In this document: one piece after another, positions 55,808 through 64,000 of the stretch
How positions within the stretch are numbered: position 1 is the first letter of the stretch
Layout of the letters: every line of letters begins with the position of its first letter
Source: an uncultured Gemmatimonadales bacterium
GTDB taxonomy: Bacteria; Gemmatimonadota; Gemmatimonadetes; Longimicrobiales; RSA9
Direction: 5' to 3'
DNA length: 64,000 nt
NCBI GenBank assembly: GCA_963816355.1
Contig: CAWFKH010000005.1
Coordinates: forward strand, 64,001-128,000
Notes under the pieces: generated by a model
Seen by the model: the letters and a program-made list of their open reading frames with translations, nothing else
Database searches by the model: none
What the model was told of the DNA's origin: nothing
Translations under genes and position numbers: made by a program

Positions 55808-55971
55808 CGCCGCGGCGGCTTCAGCCAGTCGAGCGGCGTGAAGCTGCGCCGCCGTTGGCGCCGCCGGTGGATCACGCGGTCCTCGCCGCCCGGCAGGCCC
55901 GGGAAGCCGATCCCTATGTAGACGCCCAAGCCGAGCGCCAGCACGGCGCCGAGTATCTCGATCACGATCAT
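55804..55971 (-). CDS. Small single-pass membrane protein (55 aa)
   Basis: GGAGG RBS; ATGA overlaps at both ends; one TM helix then RRRSFTPLDWL. Confidence 0.7.
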   Translation of the reverse strand: MIVIEILGAVLALGLGVYIGIGFPGLPGGEDRVIHRRRQRRRSFTPLDWLKPPRR

Positions 55972-56921
55972 TCGTCCTCCCTTTCGCCTCCCGCGCGGGA
56001 TTCCGGCTCCCGCGCCGCGCCCGCCGCGCGGGATCCCGGCTCCGGCGCCGCGCCAGCCGCGCCAGCCGCGCCCGCCGCGCGGATACGCTCCAGCAGGCGC
56101 TCGTGCAACGCTCCGTTGGTCGCCACCACGCCGCGCACATCCGGCGCGGCCTTGTTGTAGCCGATCGAGGCGCCGGAGAGCTCGCTCGCGCGGCCGCCCG
56201 CCTCCTCCACCAGCAGGGCGCCGGCGGCCACGTCCCACTCGCTCTTCGGGCCGCGGCTGAAGAATGCGTCCGCACGGCCGGCGGCGACGCCGGCCAGCTT
56301 CAGCGCCGTGCTCCCGCAGCCCTGGAGATGCCAGTCCTCGAACGCCGCGAACTCTCCCCTTCGCATCTCGGATCGCGAGGCGAGGAGCGTCGGCCGTTCG
56401 GTCGCGCCGGCGCTCACGTGCAGCGGCGTCCGTGCGCCGCTCTCCGGGGCGAGCCGCAGCGCCGCGGCGATCCCCTTCTCGCCCGGCTCCAGCCGCTCCA
56501 GCCACGCGCCCCGGCCTCGTATGGCGTGGAAGAGCTCCGCGCCGGACGGGCTGTAGACGACGCCGACCACGACCTCGCCCGCTTCCGCCAGGCCGACCGA
56601 GACGGCGTACTCGGGGCGCCCCGCGACGTAGGACCGCGTACCGTCGATCGGGTCGACGATCCATACCCGCTCCCGCGCGGCGCGGTCCGGGTCGTCCTCA
56701 CTCTCCTCCGAGAGCCATCCGTACTCCGGCCGCGCACCGGCGAGCGCCGCGCGCAGGGCTTCGTTCGCGGCGAGGTCCGCGGGCGTCACCGGCTGGCCGG
56801 GCGACTTGTGCCACACCTCCATGTCGCGCCCGAACGCGGCGAGCGCCTCGCACCCCGCCAGCAGCGCCGCGCGACGCGCCAGCTCGAGGTCCGCGACGCG
56901 CTCGGCCGGGCCCCGCGTCAC
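55968..56921 (-). CDS. Inositol monophosphatase family/CysQ-like phosphatase
   Basis: PVT.AD, WLSEES, VWIVDPIDGT, GSTALKL..VA.G, WDVAAG.L.V.EAGG. Confidence 0.92.
   Translation of the reverse strand: MTRGPAERVADLELARRAALLAGCEALAAFGRDMEVWHKSPGQPVTPADLAANEALRAALAGARPEYGWLSEESEDDPDRAARERVWIVDPIDGTRSYVAGRPEYAVSVGLAEAGEVVVGVVYSPSGAELFHAIRGRGAWLERLEPGEKGIAAALRLAPESGARTPLHVSAGATERPTLLASRSEMRRGEFAAFEDWHLQGCGSTALKLAGVAAGRADAFFSRGPKSEWDVAAGALLVEEAGGRASELSGASIGYNKAAPDVRGVVATNGALHERLLERIRAAGAAGAAGAAPEPGSRAAGAAREPESRAGGEREDE
55991..56056. repeat. 33-bp imperfect tandem duplication in the CysQ-like C-terminal tail
   Basis: ccgcgcgggat(t/c)ccggctcc(c/g)gcgccgcgcc(c/a)g at 55991 and 56024. Confidence 0.8.
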
Positions 56922-57421
56922 GGCGCCAGCCGCGCCAGCGCCGCTTCGAAGCAGTCGCGCTCGTAGTCGGTGTCGACGAACACGGTGATGTCGGAGGGGA
57001 ATCCGCCGCGGTCCGCGTGCTCGAGGAGGAGCGGCACCATGAGGGCGGCGGCGTCCTCGGCGTCCAGGTTGCCGGCGCCGGTGCCGAGCGGCGCCAGCGC
57101 GGCGTCGTCGATCTCCAGCTCGCGCAGGCGCCGCAACCCGTTGACGAGGCCGCGTCGCACGCCGTCGCGGGTGACGTCCTCTTCGCTGGAGCGGACCACG
57201 ACGTGGACCACGAGCTCGGCGGCGAGGGCGCCGCCGCCGGTGATCGCCGCGGAGCCGACCGGCAGCTCGCCCAGGCGGGCGAACTGCGCGCCGAGCTCCT
57301 CTCCTGCCGCGACGTCGAGGCGACGCATCGCGGGCGTCACCGCGGAGCCATCCGCCGCGACCGGCCGCAGGATCGCGCGCGCACCGCTCGACGCGATCTC
57401 GCCGACGCGGACGCGGATCAC
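56918..57421 (-). CDS. Macro domain protein with degenerate motifs
   Basis: I.V..GEI.....AI...AAG.EL......G.A.IT.GG.L....VVH.V...A..PLGTGAG; GTGA overlaps on both sides. Confidence 0.78.
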   Translation of the reverse strand: MIRVRVGEIASSGARAILRPVAADGSAVTPAMRRLDVAAGEELGAQFARLGELPVGSAAITGGGALAAELVVHVVVRSSEEDVTRDGVRRGLVNGLRRLRELEIDDAALAPLGTGAGNLDAEDAAALMVPLLLEHADRGGFPSDITVFVDTDYERDCFEAALARLAP

Positions 57422-58119
57422 GCCGAGGAGACCTCGCGCGCCCTGCGGTACATCGCCTCCGCCTGGTGGGGCAGGTTCTTCTTGTCGTACAGGATGCCCA
57501 TCGTGTAGAACGCCTTCGAGTTGCGGGCATCGATGGAGACGGAGCGTTCGAGCATGATGAGCGCCTCGTCCACGCGGCCGAGCTGGTTCAGCGCCTCGCC
57601 GCGGTAGAAGTGCGCGGCGGCCGACTCCGGCGCCAGCTCCGTCGCGCGCTTCAGCTCGGCCTCCGCCTGCGCGTAGAGACCGCGCTTGAAGAACATGATG
57701 CCGAGGTTGCCGTGTACGTCGGCGCGGTCCGGATCGAGACGCAGCGCACGCTTCAGCTCCCGCTCCGCCACGTCGTAGCGGCCGAGCGCGCCGAGGACCG
57801 CGCCGAGCGAAGCGAGCACCTCGACGTGCGTGTCGTCGATCTCCTTCGCCGCCTGCAGCTGCTCCATCGCCAGCACGGTCTCGCCCGTCTCCTCGTAGAG
57901 GCGGCTCAGCCGCACGCGCAGCTCCAGGTCGCGCGGCGCCTCCAGCGTCATCGAGCGCAGCAGGTCGATCGCGCCCGTGACGTCGCCGGCCTCCTCACGG
58001 GCCCGCAGCTCCGTGCGCCGCCGATCCTCCGGCGCCGCCGGCCGCGCCTCCGCGGCGCCCGGCTCCGCCTGATTCCGCGATTCATCCTGCCTGTCGTCCG
58101 GCTCCGTCGCGCTCGACAT
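57418..58119 (-). CDS. Tetratricopeptide repeat protein
   Basis: About 5 TPRs (LG..L..LG.Y..A...L.RAL.LDP....H.NLG); start re-picked at ATG 58119. Confidence 0.88.
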   Translation of the reverse strand: MSSATEPDDRQDESRNQAEPGAAEARPAAPEDRRRTELRAREEAGDVTGAIDLLRSMTLEAPRDLELRVRLSRLYEETGETVLAMEQLQAAKEIDDTHVEVLASLGAVLGALGRYDVAERELKRALRLDPDRADVHGNLGIMFFKRGLYAQAEAELKRATELAPESAAAHFYRGEALNQLGRVDEALIMLERSVSIDARNSKAFYTMGILYDKKNLPHQAEAMYRRAREVSSA

Positions 58120-58186
58120 CTCGTTCTCCAGACCCTCGCCAGCCCCGCCGGCGGCGACTCCCGCACGCTCGGTGGCGCGTGAACGT

Positions 58187-58558
58187 CTACGACTCATCCG
58201 GTTCCTGTCCATTCCCGCCCTTCCTTGCCGTGCCGCCGACGCTGGCGTCGATCCAGCCGAGGTAGCCCTCCGTTCCGCCCTCGACCGGGAGCAGCAGCGC
58301 TTCCGGCACTTCGTACGGGTGCAGCTCCGGGATCCTCGACAGCAGCCGCGGCACCGCGGCCGCCGTCGTCTTCAGCACGATCAATACCTCCTGCGCCGCC
58401 TCCACCTCGCCGCGCCAGCGGTAGATCGAGCGGACGCCGCCCACGATGTTGCCGCAGGCGACGAGCCGCTCCTCCACCAGCGTGCGCACGAGCCGCTCCG
58501 CCACGCCGGCGTCCGGCGCGGTCACCAGGGCGAGCCGCGCGCCACAGCCGCCGCTCAC
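58187..58558 (-). CDS. cutA: Divalent-cation tolerance protein CutA
   Basis: LVEERLVACGNI....SIYRW.G......E...V.KT......LHPYEVPE......YL.WI. Confidence 0.93.
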   Translation of the reverse strand: MSGGCGARLALVTAPDAGVAERLVRTLVEERLVACGNIVGGVRSIYRWRGEVEAAQEVLIVLKTTAAAVPRLLSRIPELHPYEVPEALLLPVEGGTEGYLGWIDASVGGTARKGGNGQEPDES

Positions 58559-60429
58559 GACTCGAGCTCGCTCTCGGCGGCGACGTCGTCGCTGCGGGCG
58601 ACGTGGTAGAGCGCCTCGATCAGCTTCGCGTAGCGCTCGCTCACCACCCGCCTTCGCACCTTCAGGCTGGGCGTCAGCTCACCGGAGTCGACCGTGAAGG
58701 GGTGCTCCAGCAGCGCGATCTTCTTCGGCCTCTCGTAGTGCGCGAATTCGTCCAGCCGGCGGAACGCCTCCTCCTCCATCTTCCGCTGCACGCGCGCGTC
58801 CCGCAGCAGCGCCGGCCGCTCCGCCGCCGGCACGCCCGCCTCCCTTGCCCAGGTCTCCAGTACCGGGAAGTTGGGGACGACGAGCAGGATCGGGAAGGGC
58901 CGCCGGTCGCCCAGCACCACCGCCTCCGTCACGAACGTGCTCGTCTTGACGCGGTTCTCGATCGGCTGCGGCGCGATGTTCTTGCCGCCCGCCGTCACGA
59001 TCAGGTCCTTCTTGCGGTCCGTGATCGCGAGGAAGCCGTCGCCGTCGATCGTGCCGATGTCGCCCGTGTGGAACCATCCCTCGCCGTCGATCACCTCGCG
59101 CGTCGCTTCCGGCAGACCCAGGTAGCCCTTCATCACCTGCGGACCGCGCACCAGCACCTCGCCGTCCTCCGCGATCCGCTCCTCCGTCCACGGGACCGGC
59201 CGGCCGACCGTGCCGAAGCGCAGCGCCTCGAGCGTGTTGACGTTCGTGACCGGCGACGTCTCCGTCAGACCGTAGCCCTCGAGGATCGGCATGCCCGCCG
59301 CGTAGAAGAAGCGGCCGAGGTCCGGCTCCAGCGGCGCGCCGCCGGAGACGAAGACGCGTATGCGACCGCCGACGCCCTCGCGCACGCGCCGGTAGACGGC
59401 CGCGTCGGCGAGCCGGTGGCGCAGGCGGAGTCCCGCGGAAACGGACGCCCCGCTCGTGCGCGCGTCGGCCCAGCGCAGCGCCACGTCACGCGCCCATTCC
59501 ACGATACGGCGCCGCACTCCCTTCTGCGAGAGCACCACCGTGTAGACCTTCTCGTAGAGCCGCGGAACGGAGGCGACGATGGTCGGCTTCACTTCGAGCA
59601 GGTTCGCGTCCACGCGCTCGAAGCTCTCCGCGTACGCCACCGCGCACCCCACGCCGAAGAGGACGTAGTCGACCGTGCGCTCGAACGAGTGCGAGAGCGG
59701 CAGGAAGCTGAGCGCGACGTCCTCCTGCGAGAACGGCAGCACGCCCTGACACTGCCGCACGTTCGCGTGCAGGTTGGCGTGCGTGAGCATGACGCCCTTC
59801 GGCCGGCCGGTGGTGCCGGACGTGTAGATGATCGTCGCGACGTCCTCCGGCCCCACCGCCTCCAGCGCCCGCGCGCGGAACGTCGCGAGATCCTCGACCG
59901 CGCCCGCGCTGCCGCCCAGCTCGAGCACCTGCGACAGCGTGAGCACCTCGCGATCCTCCACGGAGACCTCGTCGAACACGACGACGTGCCGCAGCTCCGG
60001 CGCGCTGCCACGGATCTCGCGGACCTTGTCGAGCTGCGCGCGGCTGGACACGAAGATCAGCCGCGCCCCGGAGTCGGCGAGCAGGTGAACGATCTGCGAC
60101 GCGGGCAGGTTCGGGTACACCGGCACGCTGACCGCCCCGGCGCACAGCATGGCGTAGTCCGCGAGCGCCCACTCCGGCCGGTTCTCCGACAGGATCGCGA
60201 CGCGCGTTCCGCGCTCGACACCGAGCGTGCGCAGCGCATCGGCCAGGCGCCGGACGTCCGCCGCGAGATCCGCGTACGAGATCCCGGACCAGACGCCGTC
60301 CCGCTTCCGCCGCAGCGCCTCCTTCTCGCCCCACCGGTCCACGGCGTCGAGGAAGTGGCGCACGATCGTGCCGGGGGACGGCTCGCCCCCCGCCGTCGCG
60401 TGGCGTGCCGTCTCGGATCGCGTCGACAT
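58555..60429 (-). CDS. Long-chain fatty acid-CoA ligase (AMP-binding)
   Basis: IIYTSGTTGRPKGVMLTH, LSFLPLSH.FER, EGYGLTETSP, GWFHTGDIG, TDRKKDLIVTAGGKNIAPQPIE, ELTPSLKVRR. Confidence 0.95.
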   Translation of the reverse strand: MSTRSETARHATAGGEPSPGTIVRHFLDAVDRWGEKEALRRKRDGVWSGISYADLAADVRRLADALRTLGVERGTRVAILSENRPEWALADYAMLCAGAVSVPVYPNLPASQIVHLLADSGARLIFVSSRAQLDKVREIRGSAPELRHVVVFDEVSVEDREVLTLSQVLELGGSAGAVEDLATFRARALEAVGPEDVATIIYTSGTTGRPKGVMLTHANLHANVRQCQGVLPFSQEDVALSFLPLSHSFERTVDYVLFGVGCAVAYAESFERVDANLLEVKPTIVASVPRLYEKVYTVVLSQKGVRRRIVEWARDVALRWADARTSGASVSAGLRLRHRLADAAVYRRVREGVGGRIRVFVSGGAPLEPDLGRFFYAAGMPILEGYGLTETSPVTNVNTLEALRFGTVGRPVPWTEERIAEDGEVLVRGPQVMKGYLGLPEATREVIDGEGWFHTGDIGTIDGDGFLAITDRKKDLIVTAGGKNIAPQPIENRVKTSTFVTEAVVLGDRRPFPILLVVPNFPVLETWAREAGVPAAERPALLRDARVQRKMEEEAFRRLDEFAHYERPKKIALLEHPFTVDSGELTPSLKVRRRVVSERYAKLIEALYHVARSDDVAAESELES

Positions 60430-60476
60430 CCTTCCGTTTCAGCAGGTCGCAGGGATGAAGCGGAGCCCTGTCGGGC

Positions 60477-60881
60477 TCAGCGGAGCACGATCTCGCTCTC
60501 GACCTCGACGTCGGCCCGGAGCGAAGCGAGCGCGCTGCAGTACTTCTCGTGCGAGAGCGCCACCGCGCGCCGCACCTTCGGCTCGTCCTCCGCGTCGAGG
60601 CCGGAGAGCCGGTAGACGAGGCGGATCCGCGTGTAGCGGCGCGGCGGCTCCGCCACCCGGTCGCCTTCGATCTGCAGATCGAACGCCCCCGGCACGACGC
60701 GTCCCCTGGCGAGGATGTCGACGACGTCGGCGGCCGTGCACGCACCGATCGCGAGCAGCATCGTCTGCATCGGCGACGTCGCCTCGACGCCGTCCCCGTC
60801 GATCCGCAGCACCGGCCCGTCCGGCGGCCCGCCGGAAAAGACGAGGCCGCGCCCGCTCCACTCCAGCGTGAACGCGGCCAT
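60477..60881 (-). CDS. OsmC/YhfA family protein
   Basis: SPMQTMLLAIGACTAADV...PPRRYT.I...AVALS.EKYCS; two conserved Cys. Confidence 0.9.
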   Translation of the reverse strand: MAAFTLEWSGRGLVFSGGPPDGPVLRIDGDGVEATSPMQTMLLAIGACTAADVVDILARGRVVPGAFDLQIEGDRVAEPPRRYTRIRLVYRLSGLDAEDEPKVRRAVALSHEKYCSALASLRADVEVESEIVLR

Positions 60882-61354
60882 CACTCCGCTTCCCGCCCCT
60901 CGGGCGGCGTCCGATCCGAGAGATCCAGCTCGCCATCCACCACGCCACCACCCTCCAGTCGCTCCAGCGTCTCCCGCGCGTGCCTCAAATGCGCCTCCGC
61001 CTCGCCGCTGCCGGGCGGCCGCGCGAGAAACGCGCGCAGATGATCGCGCGCCTCGCTCTCCCGACCCTCCGCGAGAAGGAGGAACGCCAGCCCGTAGTGC
61101 GCTCCCGGCTCGTCCGGCTCTCGCGCGAGCACCGCGCGATACGTCTTCGACGCTTCTTCGGTCATGCCGATCCGCGTGTACGCGATCGCGATCTGCTGCA
61201 GCACCGCGGTGTCGTCCGGCGACGCGCGCTGCGCCAGCCGGAACGACGTCAACGCCTCGTGGTGATTGCCCGATCGCATCAGCTCCAGACCCTCGCGGTA
61301 GTAATCGACCTCGAGGTCCTGATCGTTCGCGAACAGCTTTTTCCATAAGCTCAT
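60881..61354 (-). CDS. Tetratricopeptide repeat protein
   Basis: YYREGLEL...G...EA...F...P.D; AHYGLAFL; TGATG coupling to OsmC. Confidence 0.85.
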   Translation of the reverse strand: MSLWKKLFANDQDLEVDYYREGLELMRSGNHHEALTSFRLAQRASPDDTAVLQQIAIAYTRIGMTEEASKTYRAVLAREPDEPGAHYGLAFLLLAEGRESEARDHLRAFLARPPGSGEAEAHLRHARETLERLEGGGVVDGELDLSDRTPPEGREAE

Positions 61355-61460
61355 GGGCAAGCAGCGTGGGCGGGAAGATCGGTGGCCGCCGGCCGGCGGC
61401 GCGCCTCAAGATAGGCGCCGCGGCGCGAGCGACGCAATCGCGCGCGGAGGCGCGGCGGCG

Positions 61461-62228
61461 CTACGCCACGCGCGAGCGCGCGGCCACGATCGTGGCCCCT
61501 CCCGGGGTCTCTTCCGAGGCGACCACGTCGAGGTCCGCCGCGTCCACCGCGGCGGCGTCCGCGGCCGAGGCGCCCTCCAGCACGAGCCGGCCGAGCGGCG
61601 CGATCGCCCGCGCCACGTCCGCGATCTCGCGCGCGGCCGCCTCCCCGCCCCGCAGCGCCGCGCCCGCGAGCGAGCGGTCGGTGAACGGCAGCGCGCCCGC
61701 CGGCAACGCCAGCCGGCTCACGCCCGCCGCCTCCGGCCACGCGCGCAGCGCCGGATCCGTGGTGACCGCCTCCACGCCCTCGACCAGCGCGGCGAGCCCG
61801 GGCGCGAAGGCGCCGTTCCCGCCGTCCAGCAGCACGATGGCGCGGCCGGGCGAGAGGCCGAGCAGCGCCGCCAGCCGCAGCGCCGCCGCCTCGCCGCCCG
61901 GCCGCGGAGCGGGCGCCGGCTCCCGTGCGCCCTCGCGCGCCGCGTCGCCCGCCGCCGCCGCAAGCGGCCCCTCCTCCGGCGTCGGCGGCGCGCGGTCCGG
62001 CCCCGGCACCGCGGCCTCCGCCGCGGCCGCGTCCTGCGCCGCGGCCTCGTCGATCGGACGGCGGAGGTCGGCGAAGCCGCCCGCGATCGCGTAGCGGGCG
62101 CGGCAGTTCGGGCAGCCGAGGATCCCCTCCAGCACGCGGCGCTCGGCGATGCGGTCCGCGAGCAGGATCAGGCCGTGCGCGGGGCCGCAGCGTGGACAGC
62201 TCAGGACGTCCGTGAGCAGGATGTGCAC
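61461..62228 (-). CDS. Trm112-like zinc ribbon fused to a degenerate methyltransferase-like domain
   Basis: L.DVLSCPRCG...V.EG.LGCPNC..RY.I..G..DL; C-terminal LLDGG.G, LPFTDRSL, EIADVARAIAPLGRLV. Confidence 0.65.
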   Translation of the reverse strand: MHILLTDVLSCPRCGPAHGLILLADRIAERRVLEGILGCPNCRARYAIAGGFADLRRPIDEAAAQDAAAAEAAVPGPDRAPPTPEEGPLAAAAGDAAREGAREPAPAPRPGGEAAALRLAALLGLSPGRAIVLLDGGNGAFAPGLAALVEGVEAVTTDPALRAWPEAAGVSRLALPAGALPFTDRSLAGAALRGGEAAAREIADVARAIAPLGRLVLEGASAADAAAVDAADLDVVASEETPGGATIVAARSRVA

Positions 62229-62240
62229 GGCTTCAGCCGG

Positions 62241-62627
62241 TCAGTCGCCCACGTCGTGCTCGGCGTACTGCGCCCACTGCTCCGGCGTCTCCCACACGCG
62301 GGCGTAAACGAGCGCGGCGGCGAGCGGCGCCGGCATGCGGCGCTTCAGCGCGTCGTAGAAGTGGCGCGCCTGGTTCTCCGCCGACGGCTCGACGCGGTCG
62401 AAGGGCGGCGTCTCGTTCAGGTTCGCGTGGCGATACGGCGCCAGCAGCGCGTCCAGATGCGCTTCCACCTCGACGAAGTCGAAGGCGATGCCTCCCTCGG
62501 CGAGCGCGTCCGTCTCCAGGGCCACCTCGAGGAGGAAGCGATGGCCGTGCAGCGGCTCGGCGGCTCCATGGTAGCTGCGCAGGCCGTGGGCGGCGTCGTA
62601 GTACGCGCGCACGTTGACGCGGTACAT
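62241..62627 (-). CDS. 6-pyruvoyl-tetrahydropterin synthase/QueD family protein, E-x2-HGH type
   Basis: DAAH.L......EPLHGH.F..EV...G...DF...H.NLNE..PF....PSAEN.A...V.VWETP. Confidence 0.88.
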   Translation of the reverse strand: MYRVNVRAYYDAAHGLRSYHGAAEPLHGHRFLLEVALETDALAEGGIAFDFVEVEAHLDALLAPYRHANLNETPPFDRVEPSAENQARHFYDALKRRMPAPLAAALVYARVWETPEQWAQYAEHDVGD

Positions 62628-62631
62628 CGGC

Positions 62632-63360
62632 TCAGCTCGCGCCGACGGGAAGGAACGGCACGGCGACGTCCCGCGGCAGATCCAGCGCGAAGAGCACCGC
62701 GCGCGCCACCCGCGCCGGCGCCAGCATCGCCGCGCGCGGCGGCAGATCCGCGTCGCCGGCGCCGGCGACGTCGTCCCACAGCGGCGTGTCGGTCGCCGAC
62801 GGCTCGACCAGCGTGCAGCGCACGCCGGTGCCCCGCAGCTCGAGCTCGAGAACCTCGTGCAGGCCGCGCACGCCGTACTTCGACGCCGCGTACGCGCCGT
62901 TGCGGGGAAACGCCCGGCGCCCGGCCACCGAGCCGATCGTCACGACGTCGCCGCTGCCGCGCTCCAGCATCGCCGGCAGGAAACGCCGGATCGTCAGGAA
63001 AGGGGCGCGCAGGTTGGCCGCGAGCTGCGCGTCGAACGCCGACGCCGGCGTCGCGGCCAGCGGCGCCAGCGCGAACGCGCCCGCCGCGTTGACGAGCACG
63101 TCCGGCGCGGCCTCGCCGAAACTGCGCTCGACGTGCCGCGCCAGACGCGCGACGGCGCCCTCGTCCGAGACGTCGGCCGCGAACGCCTCCGCGCCGAGCT
63201 CGCGCGCCACGCGCTGCAGCCGGTCCTCCCCGCGAGCGACGACGACGAGCCGCACCCGCCGCCGCGCCAGCGCCTGCGCGATCGCGTGGCCGATGCCGCT
63301 CGAGGCGCCCGTAACCACCGCGCTGCGGCCCGCCAGCGCGTCCGCTTCAGCCGACGACAT
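62632..63360 (-). CDS. SDR family oxidoreductase
   Basis: [25 protein letters not shown] (YxxxK), TDTPLWD. Confidence 0.92.
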   Translation of the reverse strand: MSSAEADALAGRSAVVTGASSGIGHAIAQALARRRVRLVVVARGEDRLQRVARELGAEAFAADVSDEGAVARLARHVERSFGEAAPDVLVNAAGAFALAPLAATPASAFDAQLAANLRAPFLTIRRFLPAMLERGSGDVVTIGSVAGRRAFPRNGAYAASKYGVRGLHEVLELELRGTGVRCTLVEPSATDTPLWDDVAGAGDADLPPRAAMLAPARVARAVLFALDLPRDVAVPFLPVGAS

Positions 63361-63949
63361 TGCCCATCACGCACAGACGCAGGAACTCCTCGCGCGTCCT
63401 GATGTCGTCCAGGAAAACGCCCTGCATCGCGCTGGTGATCGTCTTCGAGTTCTGCTTCTCCACCCCGCGCATCATCATGCACAGGTGCAGCGCCTCGATG
63501 ATCACGCCCACGCCCTCCGGCCGCAGCACCTCCCAGATCGCCTCCGCGATCTGCTCCGTCAGCCGCTCCTGCACCTGCAGCCGCCGCGCGAAGACCTCGA
63601 CCACCCGCGGCACCTTCGACAGACCCAGGATCTTGCCGTTCGGGATGTAGGCGACGTGGACCTTGCCGAAGAACGGCAGCATGTGGTGCTCGCACAACGA
63701 GTACATCTCGATGTCCTTGACGATCACCATGTTGTGATGGTCCTCGTCGAAGATCGCGTCGCCGATCACCTTCTCCACCGAGAGGCCGTAGCCGCGCGTC
63801 AGCCAGTGCAGGCTCTTCGCCACCCGCTCCGGCGTGCGCAGCAGCCCCTGCCGCTCGACGTCCTCCCCCAGCCGCGACAGCATCTCCGCCACCAGCGCGT
63901 CGAACGGCACGTCCGCCAGTCCCCCGGGTCTACGCTCCCCCATCGCCAT
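63347..63949 (-). CDS. folE: GTP cyclohydrolase I
   Basis: [51 protein letters not shown]. Confidence 0.97.
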   Translation of the reverse strand: MAMGERRPGGLADVPFDALVAEMLSRLGEDVERQGLLRTPERVAKSLHWLTRGYGLSVEKVIGDAIFDEDHHNMVIVKDIEMYSLCEHHMLPFFGKVHVAYIPNGKILGLSKVPRVVEVFARRLQVQERLTEQIAEAIWEVLRPEGVGVIIEALHLCMMMRGVEKQNSKTITSAMQGVFLDDIRTREEFLRLCVMGNVVG

Positions 63950-63955
63950 GGCCGC

Positions 63956-64000
63956 TCACTCCCCGCTGTATTCGACGTAGTTGCGCGGCGTCTCCCACAG
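63956..64000 (-). CDS. C-terminus of a probable second PTPS/QueD family protein (partial)
   Basis: LWETPRNYVEYSGE* matches the typical PTPS C-terminus (ET..N...Y.G); only 14 codons are visible. Confidence 0.6.
   Translation of the reverse strand: MWETPRNYVEYSGE

Noticed and set aside
56918..58119. Macro + TPR as an anti-phage system (Thoeris or DarTG-like)
   Set aside because: No SIR2, TIR or ADP-ribosyltransferase gene; housekeeping context; the macro motifs are degenerate.
62241..64000. folE/queD as a 7-deazaguanine DNA-modification (dpd) island
   Set aside because: No dpdA/tgt, queC or queE in view, and the visible PTPS lacks the QueD Cys; sequence beyond the window edge cannot be assessed.

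Overview
Very GC-rich bacterial chromosomal window of mostly housekeeping genes. Gene content and style suggest a Gemmatimonadota-like organism (inference). It holds about 70 CDS, two tRNA-Arg genes flanking rnpB, two ECF sigma/zinc anti-sigma pairs, holA, an M16 peptidase pair, phoB-phoR-pstB-phoU without pstSCA, a Lon-family gene and a pterin cluster at the right edge. I saw no CRISPR array, integrase, transposase or prophage. Most interesting observations: (i) three tandem exported proteins resembling the N-terminus plus plug of TonB-dependent receptors with no beta-barrel; (ii) a Lon with an eroded AAA+ module but an intact Ser-Lys protease site; (iii) a ~212-bp inverted-repeat element beside the breakpoint of a decapitated ABC ATPase gene; (iv) a folE/two-PTPS/SDR/Trm112-like pterin cluster; (v) a degenerate macrodomain coupled to TPR and CysQ-like genes; (vi) a 1-bp frameshift in an M1 aminopeptidase. 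All family calls come from motif recognition by eye, not database searches. Many start codons were re-picked by hand from inside longer GC-driven ORFs.
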